Shown in pieces: positions 1-10,090 of a stretch of DNA of 64,000 nt (within the stretch, counting starts at the first letter, position 1; the number at the start of each line of letters is the position of its first letter). The position numbers were made by a program, and so were the translations under genes. The notes beneath the pieces were generated by a model, which saw only the letters and a list, made by a program, of their open reading frames with translations, searched no databases and was not told where the DNA came from. This stretch comes from Chloroflexota bacterium (lineage in GTDB: Bacteria; Chloroflexota; Anaerolineae; VGOG01), in assembly GCA_030611885.1 (NCBI GenBank), contig JAUWOY010000011.1, forward strand, positions 9,456-73,455. Reading direction: 5' to 3'.

Positions 1-113
1 TAGACGACGCCAAGGTCTACGCCATCCTGAAGAAGCGTTTGGGCGATCTCGACCAGTATGCCAGGACTATTGTGGCTTACCTGGAGCGGCGAGAGCGAGA
101 GAAAGCAAGCTAG
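1..113 (+). CDS. 3' end of a HepT/DUF86-like (HEPN) protein, partial
   Basis: Frame from nt 3 reads DDAKVYAILKKRLGDLDQYARTIVAYLERREREKAS*. It resembles the C-terminus of the HepT at 53865 (IDPVRVLGYARENLGDFEAF). The catalytic motif lies outside the window. Confidence 0.6.
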   Translation, partial: DDAKVYAILKKRLGDLDQYARTIVAYLERREREKAS

Positions 114-262
114 GCATCGCCAAGTCCGATTACAACCTGGAGGTAGGCTTGGACAGATGCGAGTGGCAGACAAGCGGGATTGCCGATCAGGGTTAATGTT
201 GTTTCACAAAACTAATTTCGGCTTTTTCGCATTACGGCAGAAGTCGCGTCGCGCAGCACGCC

Positions 263-358
263 CGGCGCTAAAGCACCGTGCTAAAAGAGCAAAGCCCCCT
301 TCGGGCTGAATTTCAGTTCGTAGAGCTTTGCTCTTTTAGCGTCGAGCTTCAGCTCGTC
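263..358. repeat. REP-like composite palindrome
   Basis: Perfect 16-bp inverted repeat GCTAAAAGAGCAAAGC (280-295) / GCTTTGCTCTTTTAGC (325-340). Flanked by small hairpins CGGCGCTAAAGCACCG and CGAGCT-TC-AGCTCG. Confidence 0.7.
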
Positions 359-368
359 GCTGTTCTTT

Positions 369-434
369 TTCACACAAGCTTCACGCCAAATTCACGTTAT
401 TTTTACGCACAGAACAGTTGATTAGTGTTATGAT
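369..434 (+). promoter_or_regulatory. Four 11-bp-phased TT(C/T)AC boxes upstream of an extended -10 element
   Basis: TTCACAC (369), TTCACGC (380), TTCACGT (391), TTTACGC (402); TGnTATGAT at 426-434. Confidence 0.5.
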
Positions 435-581
435 GGTATAAACCGGGCGCTCTATAGGGAAGGCAACCTCGCCGCCTCGATTTTTGGCGCTGGGGTTCAT
501 AACCGCCTTCATGGATGCAACAGGTGGCGGTGGTTGGGGGGGGTAGGGGATGATAGAAAATCACAGCGATGGAGGTGGTGG

Positions 582-1583
582 ATGATCACTATCGGGCAGG
601 TAGGTTTGGGATATTGGGGGCCCAATGTATTGCGCAACTTCGCCACCCTGGCCGAGTGCCAGGTGAAAAAGTGCTGCGATATAGATGCCCAACAACTGGA
701 GAACATGAAGCGGAGGTATCCCTTCATCGAGCTGACGCAGGACTACAACGAATTGGTGAACGACCCCAAAATCGAGGCCCTCGTCGTTACCACCCCCGCG
801 CCCACCCACTATCAACTGGCTAAGATGGCGCTCAAGGCTGGCAAACACGTGTTCGTCGAGAAGCCGATCACCCTCGACGTCGGCGAGGCGGAGGAGTTGA
901 TTGATCTCGCGGAGAGACGGAGGCGAGTTTTGATGGTCGGGCACTTGCTCATCTACCATCCGGCCGTCTCCAGGCTGAAGGAATACGTTGACGGCGGTGA
1001 TCTCGGCGAGATCCGATACATCTATTCCAGCCGCCTCAATTTGGGCAAGATCAGACACGACGAGAACGCCATGTGGAGCTTCGCCCCCCACGACCTGTCG
1101 GTGGCTTTATATTTACTTGGCGAGGAGCCGGAAGCGGTCAGCGCTCAGGGGATGGCCTATCTACGACCCGACGTCGAGGATGTGGTTTTTATGACGGTGC
1201 GATTCCCTCAGGGCAAAGTAGCGCACCTCCACGTCAGCTGGCTTGATCCCCACAAGGTGCGCCGCATCACTGTGGTGGGCAGCAAGAAGATGGCCGTGTT
1301 CGATGATATGGAGAGCGCGGAGAAGCTGCGCATCTACGACAAGGGGGTTGACAATCTTGACTACAGCTCCTACGGCGAGTTCCTGACCCTACGCTTCGGC
1401 GACATCCACATCCCCAGGATTGGCATGAAGGAGCCCCTGCAACTGGAGTGTCAGCACTTCCTGGACTGCATCCAAAATCACCACCGCCCTTTGAGCGATG
1501 GTCTGGAGGGTTTGCAGGTTCTCAAGATCCTCGATGCCGCCCAACGCTCATTAAGAAACGATGGGCAATTGGTGAAGATATGA
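582..1583 (+). CDS. Gfo/Idh/MocA oxidoreductase (WbpB/WlbA-like NDP-sugar 3-dehydrogenase)
   Basis: GLGYWG Rossmann motif, EKP motif, MWSFAPHD; GGAGG RBS before ATG 582; next to an acetyltransferase and a DegT gene. Confidence 0.85.
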   Translation: MITIGQVGLGYWGPNVLRNFATLAECQVKKCCDIDAQQLENMKRRYPFIELTQDYNELVNDPKIEALVVTTPAPTHYQLAKMALKAGKHVFVEKPITLDVGEAEELIDLAERRRRVLMVGHLLIYHPAVSRLKEYVDGGDLGEIRYIYSSRLNLGKIRHDENAMWSFAPHDLSVALYLLGEEPEAVSAQGMAYLRPDVEDVVFMTVRFPQGKVAHLHVSWLDPHKVRRITVVGSKKMAVFDDMESAEKLRIYDKGVDNLDYSSYGEFLTLRFGDIHIPRIGMKEPLQLECQHFLDCIQNHHRPLSDGLEGLQVLKILDAAQRSLRNDGQLVKI

Positions 1584-2323
1584 GCGGTTACATTGATCCT
1601 TCAGCAAAGACAGGCGTCAATTGTCAACTGGGGAAAAACGTTGTCGTTCTGGAAGATGTCCAACTCGGCGATAACGTGGTCATCGGCCACAACGTGGTCA
1701 TCCACCCTGGGACAGTGATCGGCGAGGGGACTATCATCGGCGACGGCGCGGTCATCGGCAAGCAGCCCAGGCCCGGCAAGACGAGCACGGTCAAGGTGAC
1801 CGAACCTTTGCCTCCGCTGGAGATCGGGGCGGGTTGCAATATCGGCGCAGGTGTGATATTATATGCAGGCTCGAAAATCGGAGCCAATACCATGATCGCC
1901 GACCAGGCCTTCGTCCGAGAGAGATGCGAGGTCGGCGATTTCGTGGTCGTCGGGCGCGGAGTGACGGTGGAGAACCAGACGACCATCGGACATTACACCA
2001 AAATTCAGACAGGCGCTTACATCACCGCCTACACGACTATCGAAGACCACGTTTTCATCGCCCCCTGCGTGGTGACCACTAACGACAACTTCATGGGGCG
2101 CACTGAGGAGCGTTTCAAATATCGCCAGGGGCCGACTATCAGGCGTGGAGCGCGAGTGGGGGCAAACTCGATTCTGCTTCCCGGTATCGTCGTCGGACGA
2201 GAGGCCTACGTGGCTGCGGGCTCGGTAGTCACCAAAGACGTGCCCGATTGTAAACTGGTGATGGGCGTGCCGGCCAGAGCGGTGCGGGATGTGCCGGAAA
2301 GGGAATTTGCGGAGAATCAGTGA
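1580..2323 (+). CDS. Hexapeptide-repeat N-acetyltransferase (WbpD-like)
   Basis: Left-handed beta-helix repeats, TTNDNF, VVTKDVP..MGVPAR; ATGA overlap with the upstream gene. Confidence 0.85.
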   Translation: MSGYIDPSAKTGVNCQLGKNVVVLEDVQLGDNVVIGHNVVIHPGTVIGEGTIIGDGAVIGKQPRPGKTSTVKVTEPLPPLEIGAGCNIGAGVILYAGSKIGANTMIADQAFVRERCEVGDFVVVGRGVTVENQTTIGHYTKIQTGAYITAYTTIEDHVFIAPCVVTTNDNFMGRTEERFKYRQGPTIRRGARVGANSILLPGIVVGREAYVAAGSVVTKDVPDCKLVMGVPARAVRDVPEREFAENQ

Positions 2324-2324
2324 A

Positions 2325-3422
2325 ATGATCCCCATATTGGATTTAAAAGCCCAGTACCAATCAATCAAGGATGAGATTAACGAGGCCGTCCAAGGGGTTT
2401 TGGAAAGCGGCCGTTTCATTCTTGGCCCAAATGTCGAAGCGCTGGAGAAGGAGGTGGCCGAGTATTGCCAATGTCGCCACGGGGTGGGCGTGGCCTCGGG
2501 GACGGATGCCTTATGCTTGAGCCTGCACGCCCTGGGAATCGGCCCCGGCGACGAGGTCATCACCACGCCCTTCAGTTTTGTGGCCACGGCCAGCACCATC
2601 TCGCGTGCCGGCGCGACTCCTGTGTTTGTGGACATAGATCCGCGCACTTTTAACCTGGATCCTGATGAGGTGGAGATAGCTATCACCAGCAAGACCAAAG
2701 CCATCATGCCTGTTCATCTTTTTGGTCAGCCGGCGGAGATGGGACCGATCATGGAGATCGCGAACCAGCGTGGCCTTAAAGTCATCGAGGATGCGGCGCA
2801 GGCTATCGGGGCTGAGGAGAACGGACGGCGGGTCGGCTCCTTTGGTGACGTGGGCTGCTTTAGCTTTTATCCCACCAAGAATCTGGGAGCCTACGGTGAC
2901 GGCGGGATGGTGACAACGAACGATCCGGCCCTGGCCGAAAAGATAGATGTGTTGCGCCGCCAGGGAAGCAAACGCAAGTATCACAACGAAGTGCTGGGCT
3001 TCAACAGCCGTTTGGATGAGATCCAGGCGGCCTTGTTGCGGGTGAAATTCAAGTATCTGGAGGAATGGGTTGCCGAGCGTCAGCGGGTGGCCCGTCTCTA
3101 CTCTGCTCTGTTGTCGCAGGCGGGGGTAGAAACGCCCTACGAGCGGCCGGGCGTGCGGCACGTCTATCACCAGTATACCATCTGCGTGGCGTGCCGTGAC
3201 GAGTTGCGGATCTATCTTCAAGAGCAGGGCATCGGCGCCATGATTTACTACCCTGTTCCGCTTCATCGTCTGAAGCTGTACGCCGATTTGGACTACCCGG
3301 CTGGCAGCCTGGAGTTCAGCGAGCAGGCGGCGCGTGAGGTGCTCTCACTGCCTATGTATCCGGAGTTGACGGATGACCAGATCCAGACCGTGGTAGACGC
3401 TATAAAAAGCTTTTGCGGCTGA
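2325..3422 (+). CDS. DegT/DnrJ/EryC1/StrS aminotransferase (WbpE-like)
   Basis: [29 protein letters not shown] (PLP lysine), [10 protein letters not shown]. Confidence 0.9.
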   Translation: MIPILDLKAQYQSIKDEINEAVQGVLESGRFILGPNVEALEKEVAEYCQCRHGVGVASGTDALCLSLHALGIGPGDEVITTPFSFVATASTISRAGATPVFVDIDPRTFNLDPDEVEIAITSKTKAIMPVHLFGQPAEMGPIMEIANQRGLKVIEDAAQAIGAEENGRRVGSFGDVGCFSFYPTKNLGAYGDGGMVTTNDPALAEKIDVLRRQGSKRKYHNEVLGFNSRLDEIQAALLRVKFKYLEEWVAERQRVARLYSALLSQAGVETPYERPGVRHVYHQYTICVACRDELRIYLQEQGIGAMIYYPVPLHRLKLYADLDYPAGSLEFSEQAAREVLSLPMYPELTDDQIQTVVDAIKSFCG

Positions 3423-3446
3423 GCTTGACTTCCCAGGGAGATTAAG

Positions 3447-4400
3447 GTGTACAAGGGCAAGACCGTAGCAGTTGTGGTCCCTGCTTACAATGAAGAACAA
3501 CTTATAAGCCAGGTCATCGAGACCATGCCGGACTATGTAGACCGGATCATAGTCGTTGACGACGCCAGCCAGGATGGGACGGCGGACACGGTACGCCATT
3601 ATTTGCCCCACATGAATGAACGGCTGCTGCTCATCCAGCACGAGGCCAACCAGGGCGTGGGCGGAGCCATCGCCACCGGCTACAAGTGGTGCCGCGACCA
3701 CGATATAGACGTGGCGGTGGTGATGGCCGGCGACGCGCAGATGGACCCCGCCGACCTGCCCGCCCTGCTCGATCCGGTGGTGTCCGGCGGAGTGGACTAC
3801 GCCAAAGGCAATCGTCTGTTTACAGGAGATGCGTGGCATCAGATCCCCAAGATCCGCTACCTGGGCAATTCGGCGATGTCACTGCTGACCAAGATTGCAT
3901 CAGGCTATTGGAACGTGGCCGACTCACAGTCGGGCTACACGGCGATCAACCTGAAGGCCCTCGAGACGATTGACTGGGACCAGATGTACAAACGGTACGG
4001 CCAGCCCAACGACCTGCTGGTACGGCTCAACATTCACGGTTTTCGGGTGCGCGATGTGCCGGTGAGGCCGGTGTACAACGTTGGGGAGAACAGTGGCGTC
4101 AGGCCGCTGCGGATGATTCCCAAGTTATCGTGGCTGCTGTTCAAGCTATTCTTTCACCGGATGGTGCAAAAGTACGTCATCCGGGATTTTCACCCGCTGA
4201 TCTTTTTCTATCTGTTAGCCTTTGTTCTATTGATGGCATGTATTCCTCTGACAGGTCGAATCCTTTATATGATTATTGTCCAAGGGAAAGACATCCCTCC
4301 GATCAACGCTTTGACTTTAGTGTTCAGCGCGATATCGGGGATGCAGGCTTTGCTTTTTGCCATGTGGTTTGATATGGAATACAACAGTAACCTGAGATGA
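3447..4400 (+). CDS. GT2 glycosyltransferase (DPM-synthase-like, two C-terminal TM helices)
   Basis: VVPAYNEE, VDDASQD, MAGDAQMDP, DSQSGY. Confidence 0.9.
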   Translation: MYKGKTVAVVVPAYNEEQLISQVIETMPDYVDRIIVVDDASQDGTADTVRHYLPHMNERLLLIQHEANQGVGGAIATGYKWCRDHDIDVAVVMAGDAQMDPADLPALLDPVVSGGVDYAKGNRLFTGDAWHQIPKIRYLGNSAMSLLTKIASGYWNVADSQSGYTAINLKALETIDWDQMYKRYGQPNDLLVRLNIHGFRVRDVPVRPVYNVGENSGVRPLRMIPKLSWLLFKLFFHRMVQKYVIRDFHPLIFFYLLAFVLLMACIPLTGRILYMIIVQGKDIPPINALTLVFSAISGMQALLFAMWFDMEYNSNLR

Positions 4401-5173
4401 GCCGGGATTTTACGCTGGGAATGTACCGACAGTTGTGTGAAGCGATTGTCGCTGCTGGGTATCAGGTTTGGCCTATTATGCGTTACATGGCAGCTCGCGA
4501 CATGCCAGACCTGGTGGTATTATTGCGTCATGACATTGACCGCTGTCCCGGCAACGCCCTATGGATGGCCCGACTGGAGCATGAACTGGGTTTACGAACC
4601 ACTTACTATGTCCGTATGACTCCCTCGGTCTTCCGTCCAAAGGTACTGAAAGAGGTTGCCGCTATGGGGCACGAGATTGGCTACCATTATGAGACTCTGG
4701 CCAAGGCCCGAGGCAATGTGCAACAGGCTATCACCTTGTTCGAACAAGAGTTAGCGCGACTGAGGGAAATATATGATATCCAGACTATCAGTATGCATGG
4801 ATCACCACTCTCTCCCTACGACAACCGGGACCTGTGGCGACAATACGATTTCCGTCAGTTTGGTCTGTTAGGGGAAGCTTATCTCTCACTGGATTACAAA
4901 CGACTGGTATACTTGACGGATACCGGACGCTCATGGGCGAAAAACCACTACAACCTACGGGATAAGGTAGCCCAGGAGTGTCCCATACCAGATCTAAAAA
5001 CCACAGACGACCTCATATCTGCCATTCACAATCACCGTTTTACTCACGTTTGCATCTCCACGCATCCAGAGCGATGGGCGCAGAGCATTGGGGAATGGAT
5101 CATCAGTGTTGCTGTAGACTTGGCAGTGAATCTGGCCAAGATGGCTATCCAGTATAGCAGGGGCAGGAGATAA
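4397..5173 (+). CDS. Polysaccharide deacetylase-like protein
   Basis: LRHDID, GHEIGYH, MHGS and THPERW motifs typical of NodB-like folds. Confidence 0.7.
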   Translation: MSRDFTLGMYRQLCEAIVAAGYQVWPIMRYMAARDMPDLVVLLRHDIDRCPGNALWMARLEHELGLRTTYYVRMTPSVFRPKVLKEVAAMGHEIGYHYETLAKARGNVQQAITLFEQELARLREIYDIQTISMHGSPLSPYDNRDLWRQYDFRQFGLLGEAYLSLDYKRLVYLTDTGRSWAKNHYNLRDKVAQECPIPDLKTTDDLISAIHNHRFTHVCISTHPERWAQSIGEWIISVAVDLAVNLAKMAIQYSRGRR

Positions 5174-5175
5174 CG

Positions 5176-6238
5176 ATGATCGCTGGGCTGCTCCAAGAAG
5201 GAGAGGAACCGGCTTATGAAGCCTTCATCAGGCAGGCAGATGATTCGAAGATCTACCACACATTGGAGTGGAAGAGAATCATAGAGGATACCTATGGGTA
5301 TATATAGGCCGTATTACGTCGTAGTTAAGGAAGGATCATCAATAAGAGGGGCTCTGCCGCTGTTCGAAGTCAGGAGTTTGATCCTTGGCAATAGGTTGGT
5401 TTCGATTCCATTCAGCCATTGGGTGAACATCCTTTGCGATGGGGATCTGGCGATCTTGCAAAAGCTGCTCAGTTTTGCCCGCGACTTGGCCAGAAAGAGG
5501 CGATGCCGCTATCTTGAGATCAAGCACGGCCAGCCGCTGTCAGAGGCACACGGGCTTGAGCGAAGCGAGCACTTCTTCAATTCCGTGTTGGATTTGTCTC
5601 GAAGTATCGAAGATATCTGGAGTGGCTTTGAAAGCGGAAGCGTTAGATGGGGGATAAACCGGGCCAAGAAGAGCGACCTGCAGGTTGAAAAGGGAAGCAC
5701 TTTGGAAGATTATCGAAGGTTCTATCGGCTGGAGCTTGAGACCAGGAAATCGCAAGGTGTTCCTCCATATCCTTTTCGTTTCTTCAGGAACTTACGAGAC
5801 CATCTTGGTAATGGTCGTAAGCTAAGATTGTATTTAGCATACCTGGACGATGTATGCGTTGCTGGCATCATTGTGCTTTGCCACAGCAAGCGGGCCATCT
5901 ATGGATATAGTGCTTCTCTCAAGAAGAGAGAATATCTGAGAACACAGCCCAATAATCTGCTGTTGTGGACAGCGATAAAGGAGCTTCATGACGACGGTTA
6001 TCAGGAGTTCGATTTAGGAATCACACCCCCAAGCAATAAGGGACTGTTGAGTTTCAAAACTCGTTGGGGGACAGAGAACTATAAGATTCCCTATTATTAT
6101 TTTCTGAACAGGGCTGAAGAGGTACCCGTCGTAGATAGAACCAGCAAGGGAATGCGCGTAGCAAATGATATTTTGAGGAAGCTCCCTATTTCCATTTTGG
6201 AGCGGGTTGGCCCGTTTCTCTTGAAGCAAGTAGGTTGA
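5176..6238 (+). pseudogene. FemAB/GNAT-family acyltransferase, frameshifted at a (TA)4 tract
   Basis: ATG 5176 frame (…YEAFIRQADDSKIYHTLEWKRIIEDTYGYI*) stops at 5307. The rest (RPYYVVV…PNNLLLW…FKTRWG) continues in the +1 frame (ORF 5294-6238). Confidence 0.7.
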
Positions 6239-6242
6239 GGTG

Positions 6243-6275
6243 ATGAGGATTTTGATTGACGTTAGCTCCGGTTAG
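6243..6275 (+). pseudogene. 10-codon stub resembling the start of the next gene
   Basis: GAGGTG RBS, then MRILIDVSSG*, compared with MHILIDINHP at 6365. Confidence 0.4.
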
Positions 6276-6364
6276 TGGATGGGATGTTACCGAAGCAGTT
6301 TAGGGCTAAAGAACTGGCCCACTCTTAGTCCGGTGGTGTTTGTAGTAGCCCGGAAAGTTACCTG

Positions 6365-7405
6365 ATGCATATCTTGATTGACATCAACCATCCTGGACAG
6401 GTCCATCTGTTCAAGCATGCGGCCTGGCAGTGGGAAGCACACGGGCACCAAGTCCTGATGGTTGCTCGCGGCAAGGACGTGACAATGGCCTTGCTCCAGG
6501 CGTATGAACTTCGCTACGTGACAGGCACCACCCGCCAGCCAGGTCTGGTCAATCTGGCCCTAGAACTGCTGCGCAAAACGGCGCTAGTGGTGAAAATTTC
6601 ACGCCGATTCAAGCCTGACGTGTTTCTCAGTGTCGGATCACCTGCGGCAGCCTGGGCATCAACACTGATGCGAGTACCACACATTGTGTTTGAGGATACA
6701 GAACACTCAGTTGAGCAATACATCCTCTACGCGCCATTTACTGATGTAATTTGCACACCATCCTGCTTCACCAAAGACCTGGGCCGTAAGCAGCGCCGCT
6801 ACAATGGATATCATGAGTTGGCTTATTTACATCCAAATTGGTTTACGCCGAAACCCAAAGTATTGCATGAAATTGGTCTGACAGAGAAGGACGCTTATTT
6901 CATTGTCCGCTTCGTGTCTTGGGGAGCCACGCATGACGTTGGTTGTCACGGATTCAGCGACTCGGGCAAAAGACGTTTGATCACTGAATTGGAAAAACTC
7001 GGCCGTGTAATCATAACTTCAGAGACCCCGTTGCCGCCTGACTTCCAGCCATACCAGATGAGTATTTCGCCCACCAAGATCCATGATCTGCTGGCCTACA
7101 GTTCGCTGTATATCGGTGAGGGTGCTACAATGGCTTCGGAGGCAGCTTTGCTGGGAATACCGTCTATCTACGTCAACCCACTCACTGCTGGAAGTCTTGA
7201 AGAGGAAGAGCGGTATGGTCTCTTGTATAGAATCCCAGATGAGAATGAGGCCATAAAGCGCGCCATTGCATTGATGAATACCGCCGGTGTTCGGGCCGAC
7301 TGGCAGCGCAAACGGCAACGACTATTGCAAGACAAAATTGACGTGACTGCCTGGATGGTAGATTTTGTGGAGGGATATGTACTACGGACAAGGAGACTTG
7401 CATGA
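6365..7405 (+). CDS. DUF354-family glycosyltransferase-like protein
   Basis: IDINHPGQVHLFK, FEDTEH, YHELAYLHPNWF, GATMASEAALLGIP. Confidence 0.8.
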   Translation: MHILIDINHPGQVHLFKHAAWQWEAHGHQVLMVARGKDVTMALLQAYELRYVTGTTRQPGLVNLALELLRKTALVVKISRRFKPDVFLSVGSPAAAWASTLMRVPHIVFEDTEHSVEQYILYAPFTDVICTPSCFTKDLGRKQRRYNGYHELAYLHPNWFTPKPKVLHEIGLTEKDAYFIVRFVSWGATHDVGCHGFSDSGKRRLITELEKLGRVIITSETPLPPDFQPYQMSISPTKIHDLLAYSSLYIGEGATMASEAALLGIPSIYVNPLTAGSLEEEERYGLLYRIPDENEAIKRAIALMNTAGVRADWQRKRQRLLQDKIDVTAWMVDFVEGYVLRTRRLA

Positions 7406-7510
7406 TTGAGGTGCACCCCAAAAGTTGTACCGATCTGACCTGTGTTTATTGTGATACTCTCGACCAACTCAGGCATCAGCACTATTCGGGATGATCAGGT
7501 GAGCTAAACC

Positions 7511-9094
7511 TTGCCAGAGAAGAATATCCAGACTGACCCAACTGAACCGGCACCAGTAGAGCAACCGTCACGCGCTACTCTGTTAGCTGTATCCGCAGTG
7601 CGGGGGAGTATGTGGATAACTGTATCCATGTTGGTCACCCAGGTTATGGTGCTTGCGAGTAGTATCATCATGGCTCGGATTCTCACCCCCGCAGATTTTG
7701 GACTGGTTGAGATATCCATCTCGCTGGCTGTGCTGATCAATCTGGTGGGTGAATACGGGTTAAGTGCTGAAATCATCCAGCGCAAGACCTTGACAATAGA
7801 GTATCTATCTACGGCGTTTTGGGCCAACATAGCGGTCGGGGTCATAGTCTCGATACTTGGCATCGCGCTTGCGCCAATGGCGGGCGTCTATTTCGACTCC
7901 CCAAGCGCTGGGCCTGTCCTGAGTCTAACCGCGCTCAATTTCTTTATTAATGCCTTTGGTGTCGTGCAACGCTCACAACTGATCAGAGAGATGGTCTTTG
8001 GCAAAATCGCCCGGATTGAAATGGCCGCTATGGTCGGCTTTGCCGTTGTGAGCACGGTACTTGCGTTGGTCGGATGGGGTGTATATAGCTATGTGCTGGG
8101 TTGGCTGGGGCGTACTTTGCTGATGGCAATTGCCTTGTTCCTGAGTGCAGCCTGGAGGCCTGCTTGGACCTTTCGGTGGGCATTGTTCAAGGAGATGTTC
8201 CGATTTGGTTCCAATGTGATGGTGGGCAAGACGCTTCAGTATTTCGGTGGAAACGTGGACCGTTTTATTCTTTGGAAGGGGTTAGGCAGTGTTGGACTAG
8301 GGTACTATGGACTTGCTCGGCGGGCTCCCGCTACACTTGCTAGCTTGTTGAATTCAATCTTGATCAAAGTGGCTTATCCTGTGCTCGCGAATGTTCAAGA
8401 GGATCGCTCAAAGCTCAAAAGCGCCTATCTGCGCATAGTCCAACTTTCATCCTGGCTGGTCTTTCCTGCCTTGTTCTTGATGAGCGTTCTGGCTGGCCCC
8501 TTCGTCCGCGTGATTTTTGGCCCGCAGTGGGAAGCTGCGGTTTTCCCACTGCGCTTGCTAGCTTTTCTTCCTTGCTCTGTAGTGATCTTTGTGCCGTGCG
8601 ATTCAGCCTTTCAGGCGGTGGGACAGCCTGACTTGGTATGGAAAAATCAGGCAATTCGGACCGCAATGTATGTAGTGTCTATTCTCATCGGACTCTGGGG
8701 GGGGATCGACGGCGTAGCGATAGCCATTCTTGTGTACGCGCTCGTTTCATCTCTGGTCACCCAGTTCCTGGTTCGCAAAGCGATTGACGTGTCGTTGGGG
8801 GATGTTACGAGATCTGTATTTGCAGCCTTTCGCAACAGCGTACTGGCTGCGGTGATTAGTGGCGCTGCGCTCATTGGATTGGAAGGACTCGGGATGTCTG
8901 ACTTGCCGATCCTCATGATTAGCGGATGCGCTGGTGGGGCAACTTACCTGGTAGCGTTCCGCTTATTGAACTTGAAAGAATTGCAGGAAATGTTCGACCT
9001 GGTTTTGCGAGGGGCCAGTTTGCCTCGCCTGGAGAAGTATATCAGGTTTGTGTACCGTATTGTAGGAATAGGGTGGAGAGTACAAGGTGTTTGA
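7511..9094 (+). CDS. Wzx/WzxC-type oligosaccharide flippase 1
   Basis: ARILTPADFGL, about 12-14 TM segments, LGYYGLA. Confidence 0.9.
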   Translation: MPEKNIQTDPTEPAPVEQPSRATLLAVSAVRGSMWITVSMLVTQVMVLASSIIMARILTPADFGLVEISISLAVLINLVGEYGLSAEIIQRKTLTIEYLSTAFWANIAVGVIVSILGIALAPMAGVYFDSPSAGPVLSLTALNFFINAFGVVQRSQLIREMVFGKIARIEMAAMVGFAVVSTVLALVGWGVYSYVLGWLGRTLLMAIALFLSAAWRPAWTFRWALFKEMFRFGSNVMVGKTLQYFGGNVDRFILWKGLGSVGLGYYGLARRAPATLASLLNSILIKVAYPVLANVQEDRSKLKSAYLRIVQLSSWLVFPALFLMSVLAGPFVRVIFGPQWEAAVFPLRLLAFLPCSVVIFVPCDSAFQAVGQPDLVWKNQAIRTAMYVVSILIGLWGGIDGVAIAILVYALVSSLVTQFLVRKAIDVSLGDVTRSVFAAFRNSVLAAVISGAALIGLEGLGMSDLPILMISGCAGGATYLVAFRLLNLKELQEMFDLVLRGASLPRLEKYIRFVYRIVGIGWRVQGV

Positions 9095-9423
9095 CAGCCT
9101 CTTGCAAATGCATGGTGTTGGCTAAATCATTGATAGTGTAATCGCTCCTATCTACCAGCGAGGAATCTACCCCAGTTATGGCAGACTTTTTGAGTGAATC
9201 TCTGCAAATGACTGGGGCAAACCGCACCGTTACGCCGGATTTTGGCGAATTCCTGCAAGTAATCAGGGCAAAGTGCGTCATTGGAAGACTTTTTCTCTAG
9301 AACATCAGTGCTGGTAAATGAGAGCAACTGCACCCAAATCATTATCGGCAGAGATAAACAATCGGCAATCGTGACTACGGATCAATCTGATTGCTTCAAT
9401 GGATAGATGGGGTATGTGGAAAG

Positions 9424-10068
9424 ATGCGCATTGTCATCGTAGGGGCTCGCCCTGATGGGCATGGCAAAGTCGTGCTTGAAATTCTGCGGGCGATGGGTGA
9501 TTTTGAGGTTGTAGGGTTTGTTGACGACGACCTCGCCAAGAAAGACCTGAGGGTACGGGGATTGCCTGTGATCGGATCCACGCGTGACTTTGGTCGGTTG
9601 TGCCGAGATCACGGCGTGCAAGGCGGAATTGTTGCCATAACCGACAATCCTCAGCGTCGTCGCCTGGGCAAGATGATGATGGATGTGGGTCTCGATTTGG
9701 TCAGTGCCATTCACCCCACTGTTCACCTCGACTCTGATGTTTCACTCGGTAGGGGGATTGTCTTGTGCCAGGGCGTCATCATCGTAGCTGGAACTCGAAT
9801 CGGCGATTGCGTCAACATCCATACTGGCGCGACGATAGATCATGATAACGTCATCGAGGATGGCGCCAATTTAGGCCCTGGCGTGCACACTGCTGGACGA
9901 GTACACATAGGTCGAGATGCTTTCATTGGCACAGGGGCCGTGTTTATCCCCGATGTCAGCGTTGGTGAGGGAGCAGTCGTTGGCGCAGGCGCGGCAGTCA
10001 TTCGGAACGTTAGTCCGTTTGACAAAGTGGTTGGCGTTCCAGCGCGTTCGATTGTAGATCGTAAATGA
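9424..10068 (+). CDS. NeuD/PglD-family sugar acetyltransferase
   Basis: GHGKVV, GFVDD, AIHP, IDHD, VVGVPAR. Confidence 0.85.
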   Translation: MRIVIVGARPDGHGKVVLEILRAMGDFEVVGFVDDDLAKKDLRVRGLPVIGSTRDFGRLCRDHGVQGGIVAITDNPQRRRLGKMMMDVGLDLVSAIHPTVHLDSDVSLGRGIVLCQGVIIVAGTRIGDCVNIHTGATIDHDNVIEDGANLGPGVHTAGRVHIGRDAFIGTGAVFIPDVSVGEGAVVGAGAAVIRNVSPFDKVVGVPARSIVDRK

Positions 10069-10090
10069 ATCTTTACGAGGTGGCAAGAAA

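Noticed and set aside
58-309. 83-aa ORF
   Set aside because: Overlaps the HepT-like frame and runs through a palindromic repeat; no motifs.
9095-9420. AT-richer spacer with short minus-strand ORFs
   Set aside because: May be a decayed remnant, but no family, repeat or terminal structure could be supported.
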